Of a DNA stretch of 64,000 bases, positions 10,639 through 19,931 are shown in pieces. The DNA is from Chloroflexota bacterium. Its GTDB lineage: Bacteria; Chloroflexota; Limnocylindria; Limnocylindrales; CSP1-4. Under the pieces are notes generated by a model. It was not told the origin of the DNA. It saw nothing but the letters and a program-made list of their open reading frames with translations, and did not search any database. The stretch spans positions 35,000-98,999 of the forward strand of contig PLOC01000094.1 of the NCBI GenBank assembly GCA_003141955.1, given 5' to 3'. Numbering within the stretch: the first letter of the stretch is position 1; each line of letters starts with the position of its first letter. The translations under genes and the position numbers were made by a program.

Positions 10639-10663
10639 AAAAAGCGCCGGCGTGGGCGCCGCT
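10639..10663 (-). terminator. Rho-independent terminator of small gene 10692..10991
   Basis: The minus strand reads GCGCC-CACGCC-GGCGC followed by TTTTT, starting about 30 nt after the stop at 10692. Confidence 0.55.
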
Positions 10664-10691
10664 ATGGATCGACTTCGCGGACGTCGATCCG

Positions 10692-10991
10692 CTAGTTCGT
10701 TGCCTGGGAAGCCTCTTCAGCCTGCAGCGCGGCAAGAGCCGCGTTCACGTTGCCGTCCAGGGACTTCAGAATCTGCAGGTACAGCGCCCGATCCTCGGGC
10801 GCTACGCTCGCCGGCACCGACGTGACGGTGGCCGTCGCGGCGGGCGTTGTCAGCGCGGCCACGGTCACCTGCGGGGTCGCGGGCGGTGCCGCGGGCCGGG
10901 CGGGAGGCGCCTTCCTGGCCGTCGGGCTCGCGACGGCCGCCTGCTGCGCGGAGGTTGCGGTCGAAGTGGGGTCTGTCGCTTTGATGTTCAT
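10692..10991 (-). CDS. Small hypothetical protein: Ala/Pro/Thr-rich N-terminus, helical C-terminus
   Basis: MNIKATDPTS...PEDRALYLQILKSLDGNVNAALAALQAEEASQATN. ATG 10991 is preceded by GTGAGG, which is also the GTG that starts the track ORF. It has its own terminator. The competing plus-strand ORFs look like shadows. Confidence 0.5.
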   Translation of the reverse strand: MNIKATDPTSTATSAQQAAVASPTARKAPPARPAAPPATPQVTVAALTTPAATATVTSVPASVAPEDRALYLQILKSLDGNVNAALAALQAEEASQATN

Positions 10992-11087
10992 GGCCGATTG
11001 CCTCACTTGCGTGCCAGGGGTATCGGCCGCGGCCGCCGATTAGGAAGTGGGCACCAGGAAGACCAATGAGCGTGGCCCCGAGCACAG

Positions 11088-11123
11088 AGAAGGACCGCCG
11101 CTCCGGAGAGCGGCGGTCCTTCT
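11088..11123 (-). terminator. Strong hairpin ending the oxidoreductase/membrane-protein operon
   Basis: Perfect 16-bp stem agaaggaccgccgctc / gagcggcggtccttct with loop cgga, 30 nt after the stop at 11153. No U-tract. Confidence 0.55.
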
Positions 11124-11152
11124 CGAGCGGCCGGTGACGGAGGCGCCGCAGC

Positions 11153-11788
11153 CTACCCGAGATTCGCCGGCTCGAACTTCGTCTTGCGCAGGAACCAGCC
11201 GAAGATGACCGCGCCGGTGGCCGCAAAGCCGGCCAGGCTGAGGTTGAGGATCGGGTACGAGACGCTGGGGTTGACGCCGCTGACGAGCGCGCCTGGGATC
11301 CCCCCGAGGTTGGCGATGGCGTTCAACGAGTCCACCTGGTCGCCGGCCTCGACGCCGTAGATCTGCGGAATGATGTAGAGCATCGAGGCGACGACGAGCA
11401 GAACCGAGACGATGCGGAAGGTCCGGGCGTCGTCGTCGGAGTCGCCGGTGAGCTTGGCAAGCAGGGCCCAGAAGAGCACCAGCGCCGCGAGTGGCGCCGT
11501 GATCGGGACCTGAAGGTCGGCGCTCATGTACACGTTGGGGAAGAGGAAGATGGCGCTGAGGGCGAAAGTCACCACGAGAAGCCCGTCGCGCATCAGGACG
11601 TAGCTGAGCCACCACACGTCGCCGCCGAAGCGCAGGGTCAGGGTCTGCAGGTAGCGGATGACGTACGGCCGGGCGAAATGGAGGGCAAGGGTGAAAGCCC
11701 ACAGGATGGGCAGCACGGCTGCGACTGAGAGGATCAGCCAGTATTGCGTGCCCTGGACGAGTGCCTGAGTCTGCTGGTCGGGCGACAT
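11153..11788 (-). CDS. Polytopic membrane protein, unknown family (paralogue B)
   Basis: 211 aa with about 5-6 hydrophobic spans. It shares ALH[LF]ARPY, LTLR.G.D.WW..YV.MRD, IFL.P, PIT and D.DAR.F with the upstream gene. A 3-nt gap separates it from that gene. Confidence 0.8.
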   Translation of the reverse strand: MSPDQQTQALVQGTQYWLILSVAAVLPILWAFTLALHFARPYVIRYLQTLTLRFGGDVWWLSYVLMRDGLLVVTFALSAIFLFPNVYMSADLQVPITAPLAALVLFWALLAKLTGDSDDDARTFRIVSVLLVVASMLYIIPQIYGVEAGDQVDSLNAIANLGGIPGALVSGVNPSVSYPILNLSLAGFAATGAVIFGWFLRKTKFEPANLG

Positions 11789-11791
11789 CGC

Positions 11792-12433
11792 TTATCTCTC
11801 CTGGCTCTTCGCCGCGGGCTGGCTGGCAGCCGTGGCTTCGGCCTTGCGCGGCGCGGGCGAGGCAAGGCGGAGGTTGTAGCCGACGGCTACGAGACCCATG
11901 ACCCCGATCAGGAGCGCTGACAGATAGCACAGCGCCAGCGCGATCGTCTGGTTCTGCGAGCTCACGAGAATCGAGGCCAGCTGGTTTGAGATGCTGCTGT
12001 TGACGGTGGTCATCTGGCTGCCCAGGAGGTAGGCGCCCAGGTACAAGCACGCGCCAAGAGCGATGAAGAAGGTCTGGGCGTAGAAGCTTCGCGCGTCGGC
12101 GTCGGCCCTGGTCATGAGCTTGAGCAGCAGGGCGGCGAAGGCGCAGGCGGCAGCCAGTCCGCCCGTGATGGGCAGGTCGTTGGCCTTGACGACATCCGGG
12201 TACAGGAAGATGAAGCTGCCCAGGAATACCTGGAGCAGGAAGATATCCCGCATCCCGACGTAGATCGTCCACCACAGATCGGCGCCGAGGCGCAGGGTGA
12301 ACTTGCGGGTCAGGGCGAGCATGTACGGCCTGGCCAGGTGCAGGGCGACCGCCAGCAGCCATAGGGCCACCAAGGCGGCGGCTATCGTGCCTTCGACGAA
12401 CGCCTCGGCTGCGCCGAATGCCGGTGAGTCCAT
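11792..12433 (-). CDS. Polytopic membrane protein, unknown family (paralogue A)
   Basis: 213 aa. Its start overlaps the stop of the Fe-S flavoprotein gene (TGATG). Paralogous to 11153..11788. Confidence 0.8.
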   Translation of the reverse strand: MDSPAFGAAEAFVEGTIAAALVALWLLAVALHLARPYMLALTRKFTLRLGADLWWTIYVGMRDIFLLQVFLGSFIFLYPDVVKANDLPITGGLAAACAFAALLLKLMTRADADARSFYAQTFFIALGACLYLGAYLLGSQMTTVNSSISNQLASILVSSQNQTIALALCYLSALLIGVMGLVAVGYNLRLASPAPRKAEATAASQPAAKSQER

Positions 12434-14442
12434 CAGTCGCGACCTCCTGAAGTGAGCGGAGGATTGCTCGCCGGGCCCGCGAGCGTGGGCTGGATGAGGG
12501 GGGTCTTGCCGGCTCCAGGTCCATCGCCCGGGCCGTCCCGAGGTCCCCGGCCAGACTGGACGTGGACCGTCTCGCAGCGGTAGATGGCGTCGCAGCGGAA
12601 GCAGCGCCTCGCTTCGTTCCCGGCCGCCGCCACTTGCAGGCTGGGTTGCGTCGGCGTGAAGGATCCCGGTTCGTACGCGGGCAGCTCCATCCCGACTCGT
12701 GGCCGCACGGCCAGGTCCACCGTCAGGACCGGCTCCGGACCCTTGGGCACACGGGCGGTGGCCATGATCTCGGCTTCGCCGTCGTGGCTGCCGGACAGGT
12801 ACTCGTGGATCGAGCCGGCGGCGCGCCGGCCCGCGCCGACGGCATGGATGATCGTCTTGGCGCCCGACACGACGTCGCCGCCGGCGAAGACGCCCTTGCG
12901 ACCCGTGGCCTGGCCTGCGTCGGCCACGATGCCGGAGAAGCCGCTGGTCTCGATGCCCGCGCCCTGGGGCAGGATCGACGGATCGGGCTCCTCGCCCACC
13001 GCCACCAGCACCGTCGTGGCGGACTTCTCTCGACCGCTGCCGGGGATCGGCTCATAGACGGCACGGCCGCCGTCGAACCGGCCGGTCGGACGCTGGCTGA
13101 CGAACTTGACGGCGGAGACGCCTTTGGCCGAACCGACGACCTCCGAGACAGCCGCCTCGAACTGGATGTGCACGCCCTCGTGCTCCGCTGCTTCGACTTC
13201 CTCGGCCTGAGCCGGCATCTCGGCCCGGCCGCGGCGGTAGAGGACCGTGACTGAGGAAGCGCCCGAACGCAGCGCCGAACGAGCCGCGTCCATGGCCGTG
13301 CTGCCGCCGCCGACGACCACGACCGAGCCGCGCAGGACCGGCTTCTCACCCAGGTTGACCTGCTTGAGGAAGAAGGTCGCCGGCACTACGCCCGGCAGCC
13401 CGTCGCCCGGCACGCCCAGCTTTCGGCTGCGCGACGCTCCGGTCGCCAGGAAGATGGCGTCGTACTTCGCCTCCAGATCGGCCAGCGTGAAGTCGCGTCC
13501 CATGGCGCTGTCGAGCTTGAGATCCACGCCGAGGCCGACGATGCGGTCGATCTCCTGGCGCAGCACGGTGCGCGGGAGGCGGTACTCAGGGATGCCGATC
13601 GCCATCATGCCGCCCGGCACCGGCATCGCCTCGAAGACGGTGATTCCGTAGCCGAGGCGGGCGAGGTAGTAAGCGGCCGACATTCCGGCCGGCCCGCCGC
13701 CGACGATTGCGACCTTCTCCGTGCGCTTGCTCGACGGAGGGGCGACCGGTGGCAGCTTGCCCTGTTCAGTCGCAAATCTCTTGAGGCGGCGGATGGCGAT
13801 CGGTTCGTCCAGGGTGCCACGCCGGCAGACCGCCTCGCACGGAGCGGTGCAGATCCAGCCGCAGACCGACGGGAAGGGGTTGACCTCGGCCGCAACCGCG
13901 TAAGCCTCGTCGTAGCGTCCCTGGGCGATCAGCCCGACGTATCGGCCCGCGTCCGTCCCGGCCGGGCAGGCTTCCTGGCACGGCGAGATGGGATCGCGGC
14001 GGCCATCGGTGACCATCGACCGCCAGACCTGCCAGTCGTTCGGTCGCTCGCTGGTTCGCCACTTGAACAGGCTGCCCCACGGCGACACGCGGGCCGGCTT
14101 GAGCGATTCGCGCGTGACCTCGCCCAGCGGCTGCCAGGCCGGCGCCGGTTCAACGGGCCGCGAGACGGGGCCCTGGCGCGCCGCCAGCGGCGTGGGACCC
14201 GCGACCGTGTCGAGCAGGACGACGTGAGTGGGGCACTCGCGAACGCAGATGCCGCAGCCGACGCACTCTCCGACCTGGACCGGGTACTCCATCATCCATT
14301 CGAAGGGCCGCCCGAAGATGCCGGCGCCTTCGACTCCGGGCCGCTGCGGGCGGCTCATGTCCAGCGCCTGAACCGGGCACACGTCCATGCAGACACCGCA
14401 GTTCAGGCAGTTGCCGTTCTCGATCTGGATCCGATAGCCCAT
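12433..14442 (-). CDS. Fe-S flavoprotein: 2x[4Fe-4S] ferredoxin domain fused to a GltD-like (glutamate synthase small-subunit family) NAD(P)H oxidoreductase
   Basis: CLNCGVCMDVCP and CVGCGICVRECP are ferredoxin motifs. CQEACPAG...CGWICTAPCEAVC is a GltD-type cluster domain. KVAIVGGGPAGMSAAYYL and VVVVGGGSTAMDAA are two dinucleotide folds, with FAGGDV also present. There is a C-terminal ~110-aa extension containing CFRCD...C. Confidence 0.9.
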   Translation of the reverse strand: MGYRIQIENGNCLNCGVCMDVCPVQALDMSRPQRPGVEGAGIFGRPFEWMMEYPVQVGECVGCGICVRECPTHVVLLDTVAGPTPLAARQGPVSRPVEPAPAWQPLGEVTRESLKPARVSPWGSLFKWRTSERPNDWQVWRSMVTDGRRDPISPCQEACPAGTDAGRYVGLIAQGRYDEAYAVAAEVNPFPSVCGWICTAPCEAVCRRGTLDEPIAIRRLKRFATEQGKLPPVAPPSSKRTEKVAIVGGGPAGMSAAYYLARLGYGITVFEAMPVPGGMMAIGIPEYRLPRTVLRQEIDRIVGLGVDLKLDSAMGRDFTLADLEAKYDAIFLATGASRSRKLGVPGDGLPGVVPATFFLKQVNLGEKPVLRGSVVVVGGGSTAMDAARSALRSGASSVTVLYRRGRAEMPAQAEEVEAAEHEGVHIQFEAAVSEVVGSAKGVSAVKFVSQRPTGRFDGGRAVYEPIPGSGREKSATTVLVAVGEEPDPSILPQGAGIETSGFSGIVADAGQATGRKGVFAGGDVVSGAKTIIHAVGAGRRAAGSIHEYLSGSHDGEAEIMATARVPKGPEPVLTVDLAVRPRVGMELPAYEPGSFTPTQPSLQVAAAGNEARRCFRCDAIYRCETVHVQSGRGPRDGPGDGPGAGKTPLIQPTLAGPASNPPLTSGGRD

Positions 14443-14568
14443 GGGACGCCTCGGCCGTAGGAATTCTCGACCGAATGGTCGCGGGCGGCGGACGCCGGCG
14501 CATCTGCCGGAGGGCCGGAGTTCTACTACCCGGGCGGGTGGGCGATTGCCCGGGCTGGGCAGCGCGGC

Positions 14569-15270
14569 TCAGCGCGGCGTGTGGCGGAACGGTGCGTCGC
14601 GGCGAGGGCCCTCGATACCGCCGTGCCGGTACGTGTCCGGCACGAGCCCCTCGCGCACGGCTCGGGCGGCCAGTTCGGCCCGATTCTGGGCGTGCAGCTT
14701 CTCGACGATGTTCTTCAGGTGGAACTTGACGGTGTTCTCGCTGATCCCGAGCTCGACCGCGATCTCGCGGTTTCGCAGGCCCTCGGTGACCAAGCCCAGC
14801 ACGCCGAGCTCGCGTTCCGTCAGCCGCTGGGAACGGGACGCGGCGCCGCCCCCCGGCGAGAGCAGGAACTCGTCGATGATTCGTGCGGCCGTGCCCGGCG
14901 TGATCGCCGGCTCCCCGCGGGCCACGCCCTCCAGCATCGAGCGCAGCTGGGGCGCCTCGAGGTTCTTGAGCAGGTAGCCCTGGGCGCCGGCCTTGATGGC
15001 GCGGAAGAGATCGGCCTCTTCCTCGCTGACCGTGAGCATCACGATGGCCACTTCCGGGTGGCGCGCCTTGATCTCGGCCGTCGCTTCCAGGCCCGAAACG
15101 TTGGGCATCCGGACATCCATCAGGACGACGTCGGGCGCGGTCGATTCGACGAGCTCGATCGCCTGGCCGCCGTCGGAAGCCTGACCTACCACCTCGTGAC
15201 CCCAGGCAAGCAGGAGCGACGCCACGCCGTCTCGGAATAGCGCGTGATCGTCCACCAGCAGTGTTCGCAT
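14569..15270 (-). CDS. Response regulator, NarL/LuxR (FixJ) family
   Basis: Start at MRTLLVDDH (aa 138 of track ORF 14569..15681). Receiver motif: DVVLMDVRMP. C-terminal HTH: LTERELGVLGLVTEGLRNREIAVELGISENTVKFHLKNI. Confidence 0.93.
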   Translation of the reverse strand: MRTLLVDDHALFRDGVASLLLAWGHEVVGQASDGGQAIELVESTAPDVVLMDVRMPNVSGLEATAEIKARHPEVAIVMLTVSEEEADLFRAIKAGAQGYLLKNLEAPQLRSMLEGVARGEPAITPGTAARIIDEFLLSPGGGAASRSQRLTERELGVLGLVTEGLRNREIAVELGISENTVKFHLKNIVEKLHAQNRAELAARAVREGLVPDTYRHGGIEGPRRDAPFRHTPR

Positions 15271-15274
15271 GGGT

Positions 15275-16795
15275 TCAGTCTGCCTCGGAATGGTTAGGTA
15301 CGGGCGATTGAACCGCCTGGTGGCGCGCCGCGCGACGGATTGCCCCGTCTGGCGGTCCGGAGGGCGGGACACCGCCTCCGTCGCGGCCCGGGACGACCGG
15401 GACGCGCAGCTCGACTGTCGAGCCGGAGCCCGGCTGGCTTCGCCATTCGATTCGGCCGCCGACCGCTTCGGCCCGCTCTCGCATCCCGGCAAGCCCAAAG
15501 TGAGGCCATCTCTCGGGCTCCGAGCCGGCCCGCTTCGAGTCGAAGCCGACGCCGTCGTCGGCGATCCGCAGGAGCACCTCCGTGCCTTCGACCGCCAGGC
15601 CGATCGTGACCCGCTGCGCATAGGCGTGCTTGCGGATGTTAGTGAGCGCCTCGCGGGCGACCCCGAACATCTCGGCCCCAACTTCCGGAGCCAGAGACAG
15701 GTTGCTGGCCTCCGGACTCGCCCGGAAGCGGACGGCCATCTTCGAAGACTCCGCGAATCGCGCGGCGTACTCCTCGAGCGCAGCGGCGAGGCCGCGCTCC
15801 GGAAGGACGGGCGGCGACAGGCTCAAGATCGCCTCACGGACGTCCACGTACAGGGATCGCGCCACGGCCGCCAGCTCGGCCATCTGCTTGCCGGCCTCGG
15901 CGACCCGCCCGGCGGCGAGCAGCTCCTCGACGGCCTGGGACTTGGTGTTGACGTACCCGAGGACCTGGGCCATGCCGTCATGCATCTCGCGGGCGATCCG
16001 CTCGCGCTCGCCCTGGACGGCCAGCGCGCGCAGCTCGTCGCGGAGCCGGGCCGCCTCGAGTGCCAGGCCCACCTGAGTGGCAAGGGCCGAAAGGGTCTCC
16101 AGATCCGCGGCGGAGAAACGGCGCGGGAGCGCCGTGGCCAGCCCGATGGAGCCGACACGCGTCTCGCCGTGACCCACCGGCGCCTCCAGCCTGATGGCAT
16201 ACCCGGGCGCGAGATACCGGGATAGGTCGCTGCTCGAGCCGCCGTTGGGAGTTGCCGGCGACGCTCCCGGCGGTCCGCCGGTCGCCCCGCCCGTCCCGTC
16301 GAGCAGCACCCCCGGCGAGGCGCTGGAGGCGCGCAGGCGGACCTCGTCCTCGGGGCCCTGCAGGGCCAGAAGGGCGGCATCGACCCGGAGCAGGCGCCGG
16401 GCATGCTCGACGATGTCAGCGAGGGTCTCGTCCGGATCAGCCTGCCCGGAAACCGCCAGACTGACGTTGTAAACGGCGCGCAACGCCGCGTTGCGCGACT
16501 TCAGCGCCTGATGCCTGTGGATGAGGTCGCTCGTCAGCCGGTCGATGATCCGGAACGCATACCAGGCGGCGACGATCGCGACGGTCGCCACGACACCGAG
16601 GACGACGAGGGTGTCGAACGGAAAGGGCAACACCGCGTCGAGCAGCGTGTCGCTGAGCGCCTCCACGACCCCGACGAGCAGGATCGCCCCGAACACGACG
16701 GCCCAGCGGCGGCGAGGGTACATTCGCGCCTCCAGGCTCATGAGCGAGGCACCCGAGACGGCTGGGGCCACCCGGACCACCCATTCGGGCGGCAA
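15275..16795 (-). CDS. Membrane sensor histidine kinase with GAF-like domain and HisKA_3 dimerisation domain
   Basis: Two N-terminal TM spans and a GAF-like stretch (LLRVDAALLAL...VGSIGLA). H-box RERIAREMHDGMAQVL. ATPase boxes EALTNIRKHA, DDGVGF, GLAGMRERA. The stop lies 4 nt before the regulator start. The true start may be an internal Met (MSLEARM or MYPRRR). Confidence 0.9.
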   Translation of the reverse strand: MPPEWVVRVAPAVSGASLMSLEARMYPRRRWAVVFGAILLVGVVEALSDTLLDAVLPFPFDTLVVLGVVATVAIVAAWYAFRIIDRLTSDLIHRHQALKSRNAALRAVYNVSLAVSGQADPDETLADIVEHARRLLRVDAALLALQGPEDEVRLRASSASPGVLLDGTGGATGGPPGASPATPNGGSSSDLSRYLAPGYAIRLEAPVGHGETRVGSIGLATALPRRFSAADLETLSALATQVGLALEAARLRDELRALAVQGERERIAREMHDGMAQVLGYVNTKSQAVEELLAAGRVAEAGKQMAELAAVARSLYVDVREAILSLSPPVLPERGLAAALEEYAARFAESSKMAVRFRASPEASNLSLAPEVGAEMFGVAREALTNIRKHAYAQRVTIGLAVEGTEVLLRIADDGVGFDSKRAGSEPERWPHFGLAGMRERAEAVGGRIEWRSQPGSGSTVELRVPVVPGRDGGGVPPSGPPDGAIRRAARHQAVQSPVPNHSEAD

Positions 16796-16888
16796 TATGC
16801 ACCGGGTTGCTGCCGGGTGTCGCGCCTGCGCTCGTTCGTCCTGCCGGGCGGCACAGCGGCGGCATCACGGCGGGGCAGATGCGCGGCT

Positions 16889-18577
16889 CTAGGCGGCGTC
16901 GCGCTGCGAGTCCGAGGCCTCGCTCTCCTCCTCGGGCAGGCGCCAGCGATGGACCAGGCGCCGGAGTTTGTCGGACATGGCCGTCAGGCTGCCGGCCGAA
17001 GCCACCACACCCTGGGCCTGCTCGCTCAAGTCCTGCGTGGCTGCGGAGACCTCCTCCGCCGAGGCCGAGTTCTCCTCGCTGATGGCAGCGATGGACTCGA
17101 CGGCATCATTCACGCGCAGGGCGCTGGCCGTCATCGAAACGGCGGCATCGTTGGTCGATTGAGCGATCTCGGCGATGGTGTCCGAGGCGGAGACGACGTT
17201 GCCCGCGGCCGCCTCCATGGCCTCGACGGCGGCCGTGATTCGGGCGACGGCGGCGTTGGACGCGGCCACGGCCTCGGCGATCTCGTCCAGCGCCATGCCC
17301 GATCTCTCCGCGAGCGCGGAGCCCGACTCGACTTCCCTGGCTCCTAGCTGCATCGCCGCCACTGCCTCGGAGGTTCCCTTCTGAACCTCGGCGATCAGGG
17401 TCGCGATTTCCTTGGTTGCGGCGCGAGACCGCTCGGCGAGCTTGCGGACCTCGTCCGCGACCACGGCAAAGCCCTTGCCCTGCTCGCCGGCCCGGGCCGC
17501 CTCGATGGCCGCGTTGAGGGCGAGGAGGTTCGTCTGCTCAGCGATGTCGTCGATCGTCTCGACGATCGCGCCGATCTGATCGGACTTGGCCCCGAGATTC
17601 GCGACCACGGTGGCGCCGGTGTCCACGGCCTTCTTGATGCGAGCCATTCCCGAGGCCGTCTCACGAACCGCGTCGGCGCCCTTGTCGGCGGCCTTGCCGG
17701 CGGCAACTCCGGCGGCGTCGACCTGCTCGGATGCCGTGGCAGCCTCGCGGATAGCTCGTGCCACCTCGGTGATCGCGTTGGCCTGCGCGGTCACGCTCGA
17801 TGCCGTCTGCGCCGCGCCGGATCCCACCTGTTCGATGACCCGGCCGAGCTCCATCATCGCCCTGCTGGTTTCGGTGGAAGCGCTGGCCTGGTCGGCGGCA
17901 TCGGCCGCGACCTGGCTGATCGTCTGGGCGATCTGACCCGCGCCGGTCTCGGACTGGGCCGCCGCCTCGTTCACCCTGGCGGCCGTCTCGGCCACGCCGG
18001 CGGCGGACGTGGTGAGCTCGGTGATCATCTTGCGCAACCGCACGACCATGTACCGAAAGGCCTGCGCAAGGCCGTCCTGTTCAGAACGCGTCGTCACCTC
18101 GATGGTGAGGTCGCCGGCCGCAATCCGATCCGCCAGTGAGGCGAGTTCCTCCATGTACTGGCGGATCGCGCCGAACGCCTCGGCGAGCCGACCCAGCTCC
18201 CCGCTCCCGGTCAACGCGGCGCCGTCGCCACTCTGGCTGAGGTCGCCCACAGCCACGCGCGACGAGGCTTCGATGACGACCTCGATCGGCTTTGTCACCG
18301 AACGCGCGACCACGATCGAAGCGATCACGGCGCCAACGAGGACCACGGCGTTCAGCGGGTTGGGACGGCCCTCCGCGACTTCGATGGCAGACACGACGGC
18401 AACCGGCACCGCCGAGGTCAGGATCAATCGCGTCCGGATGGTCCAGTTGCGTGGCCGGCTGGGTCTGAAGTCCTGCCGTCGAGGCAGGCCGATGTCGCGG
18501 CGTCGGATCCGGCCGGAGATGCCGGCAGCCGAGCGGGAAGCCGCCGAAACGGCCGACCCGATCCCGTGCCCGCTCAT
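16889..18577 (-). CDS. Methyl-accepting chemotaxis protein (HAMP + MCP signalling domain) with a minimal extracytoplasmic loop
   Basis: Core [42 protein letters not shown]-like segments are present. Two TM helices are separated by only about 8 residues (EVAEGRPNP). Start taken at MSGHGIG (aa 103 of the track ORF); the upstream part is not protein-like. Confidence 0.88.
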   Translation of the reverse strand: MSGHGIGSAVSAASRSAAGISGRIRRRDIGLPRRQDFRPSRPRNWTIRTRLILTSAVPVAVVSAIEVAEGRPNPLNAVVLVGAVIASIVVARSVTKPIEVVIEASSRVAVGDLSQSGDGAALTGSGELGRLAEAFGAIRQYMEELASLADRIAAGDLTIEVTTRSEQDGLAQAFRYMVVRLRKMITELTTSAAGVAETAARVNEAAAQSETGAGQIAQTISQVAADAADQASASTETSRAMMELGRVIEQVGSGAAQTASSVTAQANAITEVARAIREAATASEQVDAAGVAAGKAADKGADAVRETASGMARIKKAVDTGATVVANLGAKSDQIGAIVETIDDIAEQTNLLALNAAIEAARAGEQGKGFAVVADEVRKLAERSRAATKEIATLIAEVQKGTSEAVAAMQLGAREVESGSALAERSGMALDEIAEAVAASNAAVARITAAVEAMEAAAGNVVSASDTIAEIAQSTNDAAVSMTASALRVNDAVESIAAISEENSASAEEVSAATQDLSEQAQGVVASAGSLTAMSDKLRRLVHRWRLPEEESEASDSQRDAA

Positions 18578-18916
18578 CGATGCGACCCGGCGGAAGAGGC
18601 GCAGGCCGGTGCCGACGGCGAGTGGTACGGCTGCACGCCCTTGCCCGGGTCGAGCGCCGTTTCGGTCCTCGTCTCGGTCATGACGCCAGGGTGGTCGTTC
18701 ATCGCACCATCGGCCGCGAAGAGCCCAGCTGCTGGTTTGGTCGCCAGGCAGACGCGTGGGCGGCACAGGGGCCTTCCCCGAGGGTATCGGCGGCTCGTAC
18801 GGGTGAGTTCGTACGGAGTAATCCGTAATCCCCACGTGGGACTGTCTGCCGACGGGCGCGAAGTCCCGCCGAGACATCCGCACCAGCCCCTCGCGCCCGC
18901 TCTTCGCGCCGGGTCG

Positions 18917-18929
18917 GACAGAATCTGTC
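18917..18929. promoter_or_regulatory. Palindrome GACAGAaTCTGTC, candidate MarR operator
   Basis: Perfect 6+1+6 inverted repeat in the MCP/marR divergent region, 21 nt upstream of the predicted -35. Confidence 0.35.
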
Positions 18930-18949
18930 GTAGCGACCGATCAGATCCG

Positions 18950-18978
18950 TTGACGCCCGCCACGGCCCAGCCGATAGT
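18950..18978 (+). promoter_or_regulatory. Sigma-70-like promoter giving a near-leaderless marR transcript
   Basis: TTGACG, 17-nt spacer, GATAGT. The -10 ends 9 nt before the ATG at 18988 and there is no SD. Confidence 0.45.
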
Positions 18979-18987
18979 CGCAGCGAC

Positions 18988-19551
18988 ATGGTCGCCACGA
19001 GCAGATCCACCCCGAATCTGAACCAGGCCAAGGACGCCGGCACGACCGGCCCCACCGCGCCTGAGCTCACGGCCCGGCAGGCCGCCCGGCGCGTAGCCCG
19101 CCTCTTTCCGGAGGTGTACCGGCGGTACCACTGGGCCCAGCGAGTCCGAGGGGCGGATCTGCCCGTCACGCGGCGCGCACTGGAGTTGCTGCAGCATCTT
19201 TCGGTGAGCGGTCCGCTGACGGTCGGTGAACAGGCCGAACACATGGGCCTGCGGCGCAACTCGGCATCCGAACTGCTGGCGCGCCTGGAGTCGAAAGGGC
19301 TCGTCGCCCGGATCCGCGACGAGCGCGACGAACGCCGGGTGCTCGTCTGGCTGACGGATGCCGGCCGTGACGTCGTCTCCCGGGTCGGCCAGGTGCTGGC
19401 CCCGGACCTGATCGCCGAGACAATGGCAACCCTGTCGCCGGCGGAGCGGGCGATCGTCGTCCGCGGCTTCGAGCTGCTCGCCGCCGCTTCAGCCCCGACC
19501 GAATCGTTCGCCCCCGGGCGCACGAAGAAGACCGAAAGGACACCCCGATGA
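18988..19551 (+). CDS. MarR family transcriptional regulator
   Basis: Winged-HTH pattern: LELLQHLSVSGPLTVGEQAEHMGLRRNSASELLARLESKGLVARIRDERDERRVLVWLTDAG. Confidence 0.88.
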   Translation: MVATSRSTPNLNQAKDAGTTGPTAPELTARQAARRVARLFPEVYRRYHWAQRVRGADLPVTRRALELLQHLSVSGPLTVGEQAEHMGLRRNSASELLARLESKGLVARIRDERDERRVLVWLTDAGRDVVSRVGQVLAPDLIAETMATLSPAERAIVVRGFELLAAASAPTESFAPGRTKKTERTPR

Positions 19552-19796
19552 CGATCGTTGCCAGCTGCGAGTCCTGCGGCATGCCGCTCGCCGGCGCCGA
19601 GGACCACGCCATGGCCAACCCCCAGATACCCTACTGCACCCACTGTGCCCCCGAAGGCAATCTGCCGCCCGTGGACGAGCGTCTGGAGCGCTTCACCCAG
19701 TGGACGATGCGCCAGGACGGCCTCGACTACCAGGCCGCCCGTGAGAAGGCGATCGCCTACATGAAGACGATGCCGGCCTGGAAGGACGCTCTCTAG
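19548..19796 (+). CDS. Small zinc-ribbon domain protein
   Basis: 82 aa with CESCGMPL...YCTHCAP (CxxC...CxxC). ATGA overlap with the marR stop indicates translational coupling. Confidence 0.75.
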   Translation: MTIVASCESCGMPLAGAEDHAMANPQIPYCTHCAPEGNLPPVDERLERFTQWTMRQDGLDYQAAREKAIAYMKTMPAWKDAL

Positions 19797-19931
19797 GCTT
19801 GCCAGCCGTCGAAGGCGCGGGCCGCGGGAGCTTGCCTCTGCCCCCGCGCCATCGGTGGCCACCGTTATCATCGAATCGAGCGGTCGGGCGCTTCCGCGAC
19901 GCCCGATCTCGCGCAGGCAGGAGGATCGGAC

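Noticed and set aside
10518-11069. Plus-strand ORFs 10518..11069 and 10750..11043 overlapping the small minus-strand gene
   Set aside because: Their translations are Gly/Arg/Ala runs with no SD. The minus-strand reading has an SD, a helical C-terminus and its own U-tailed terminator.
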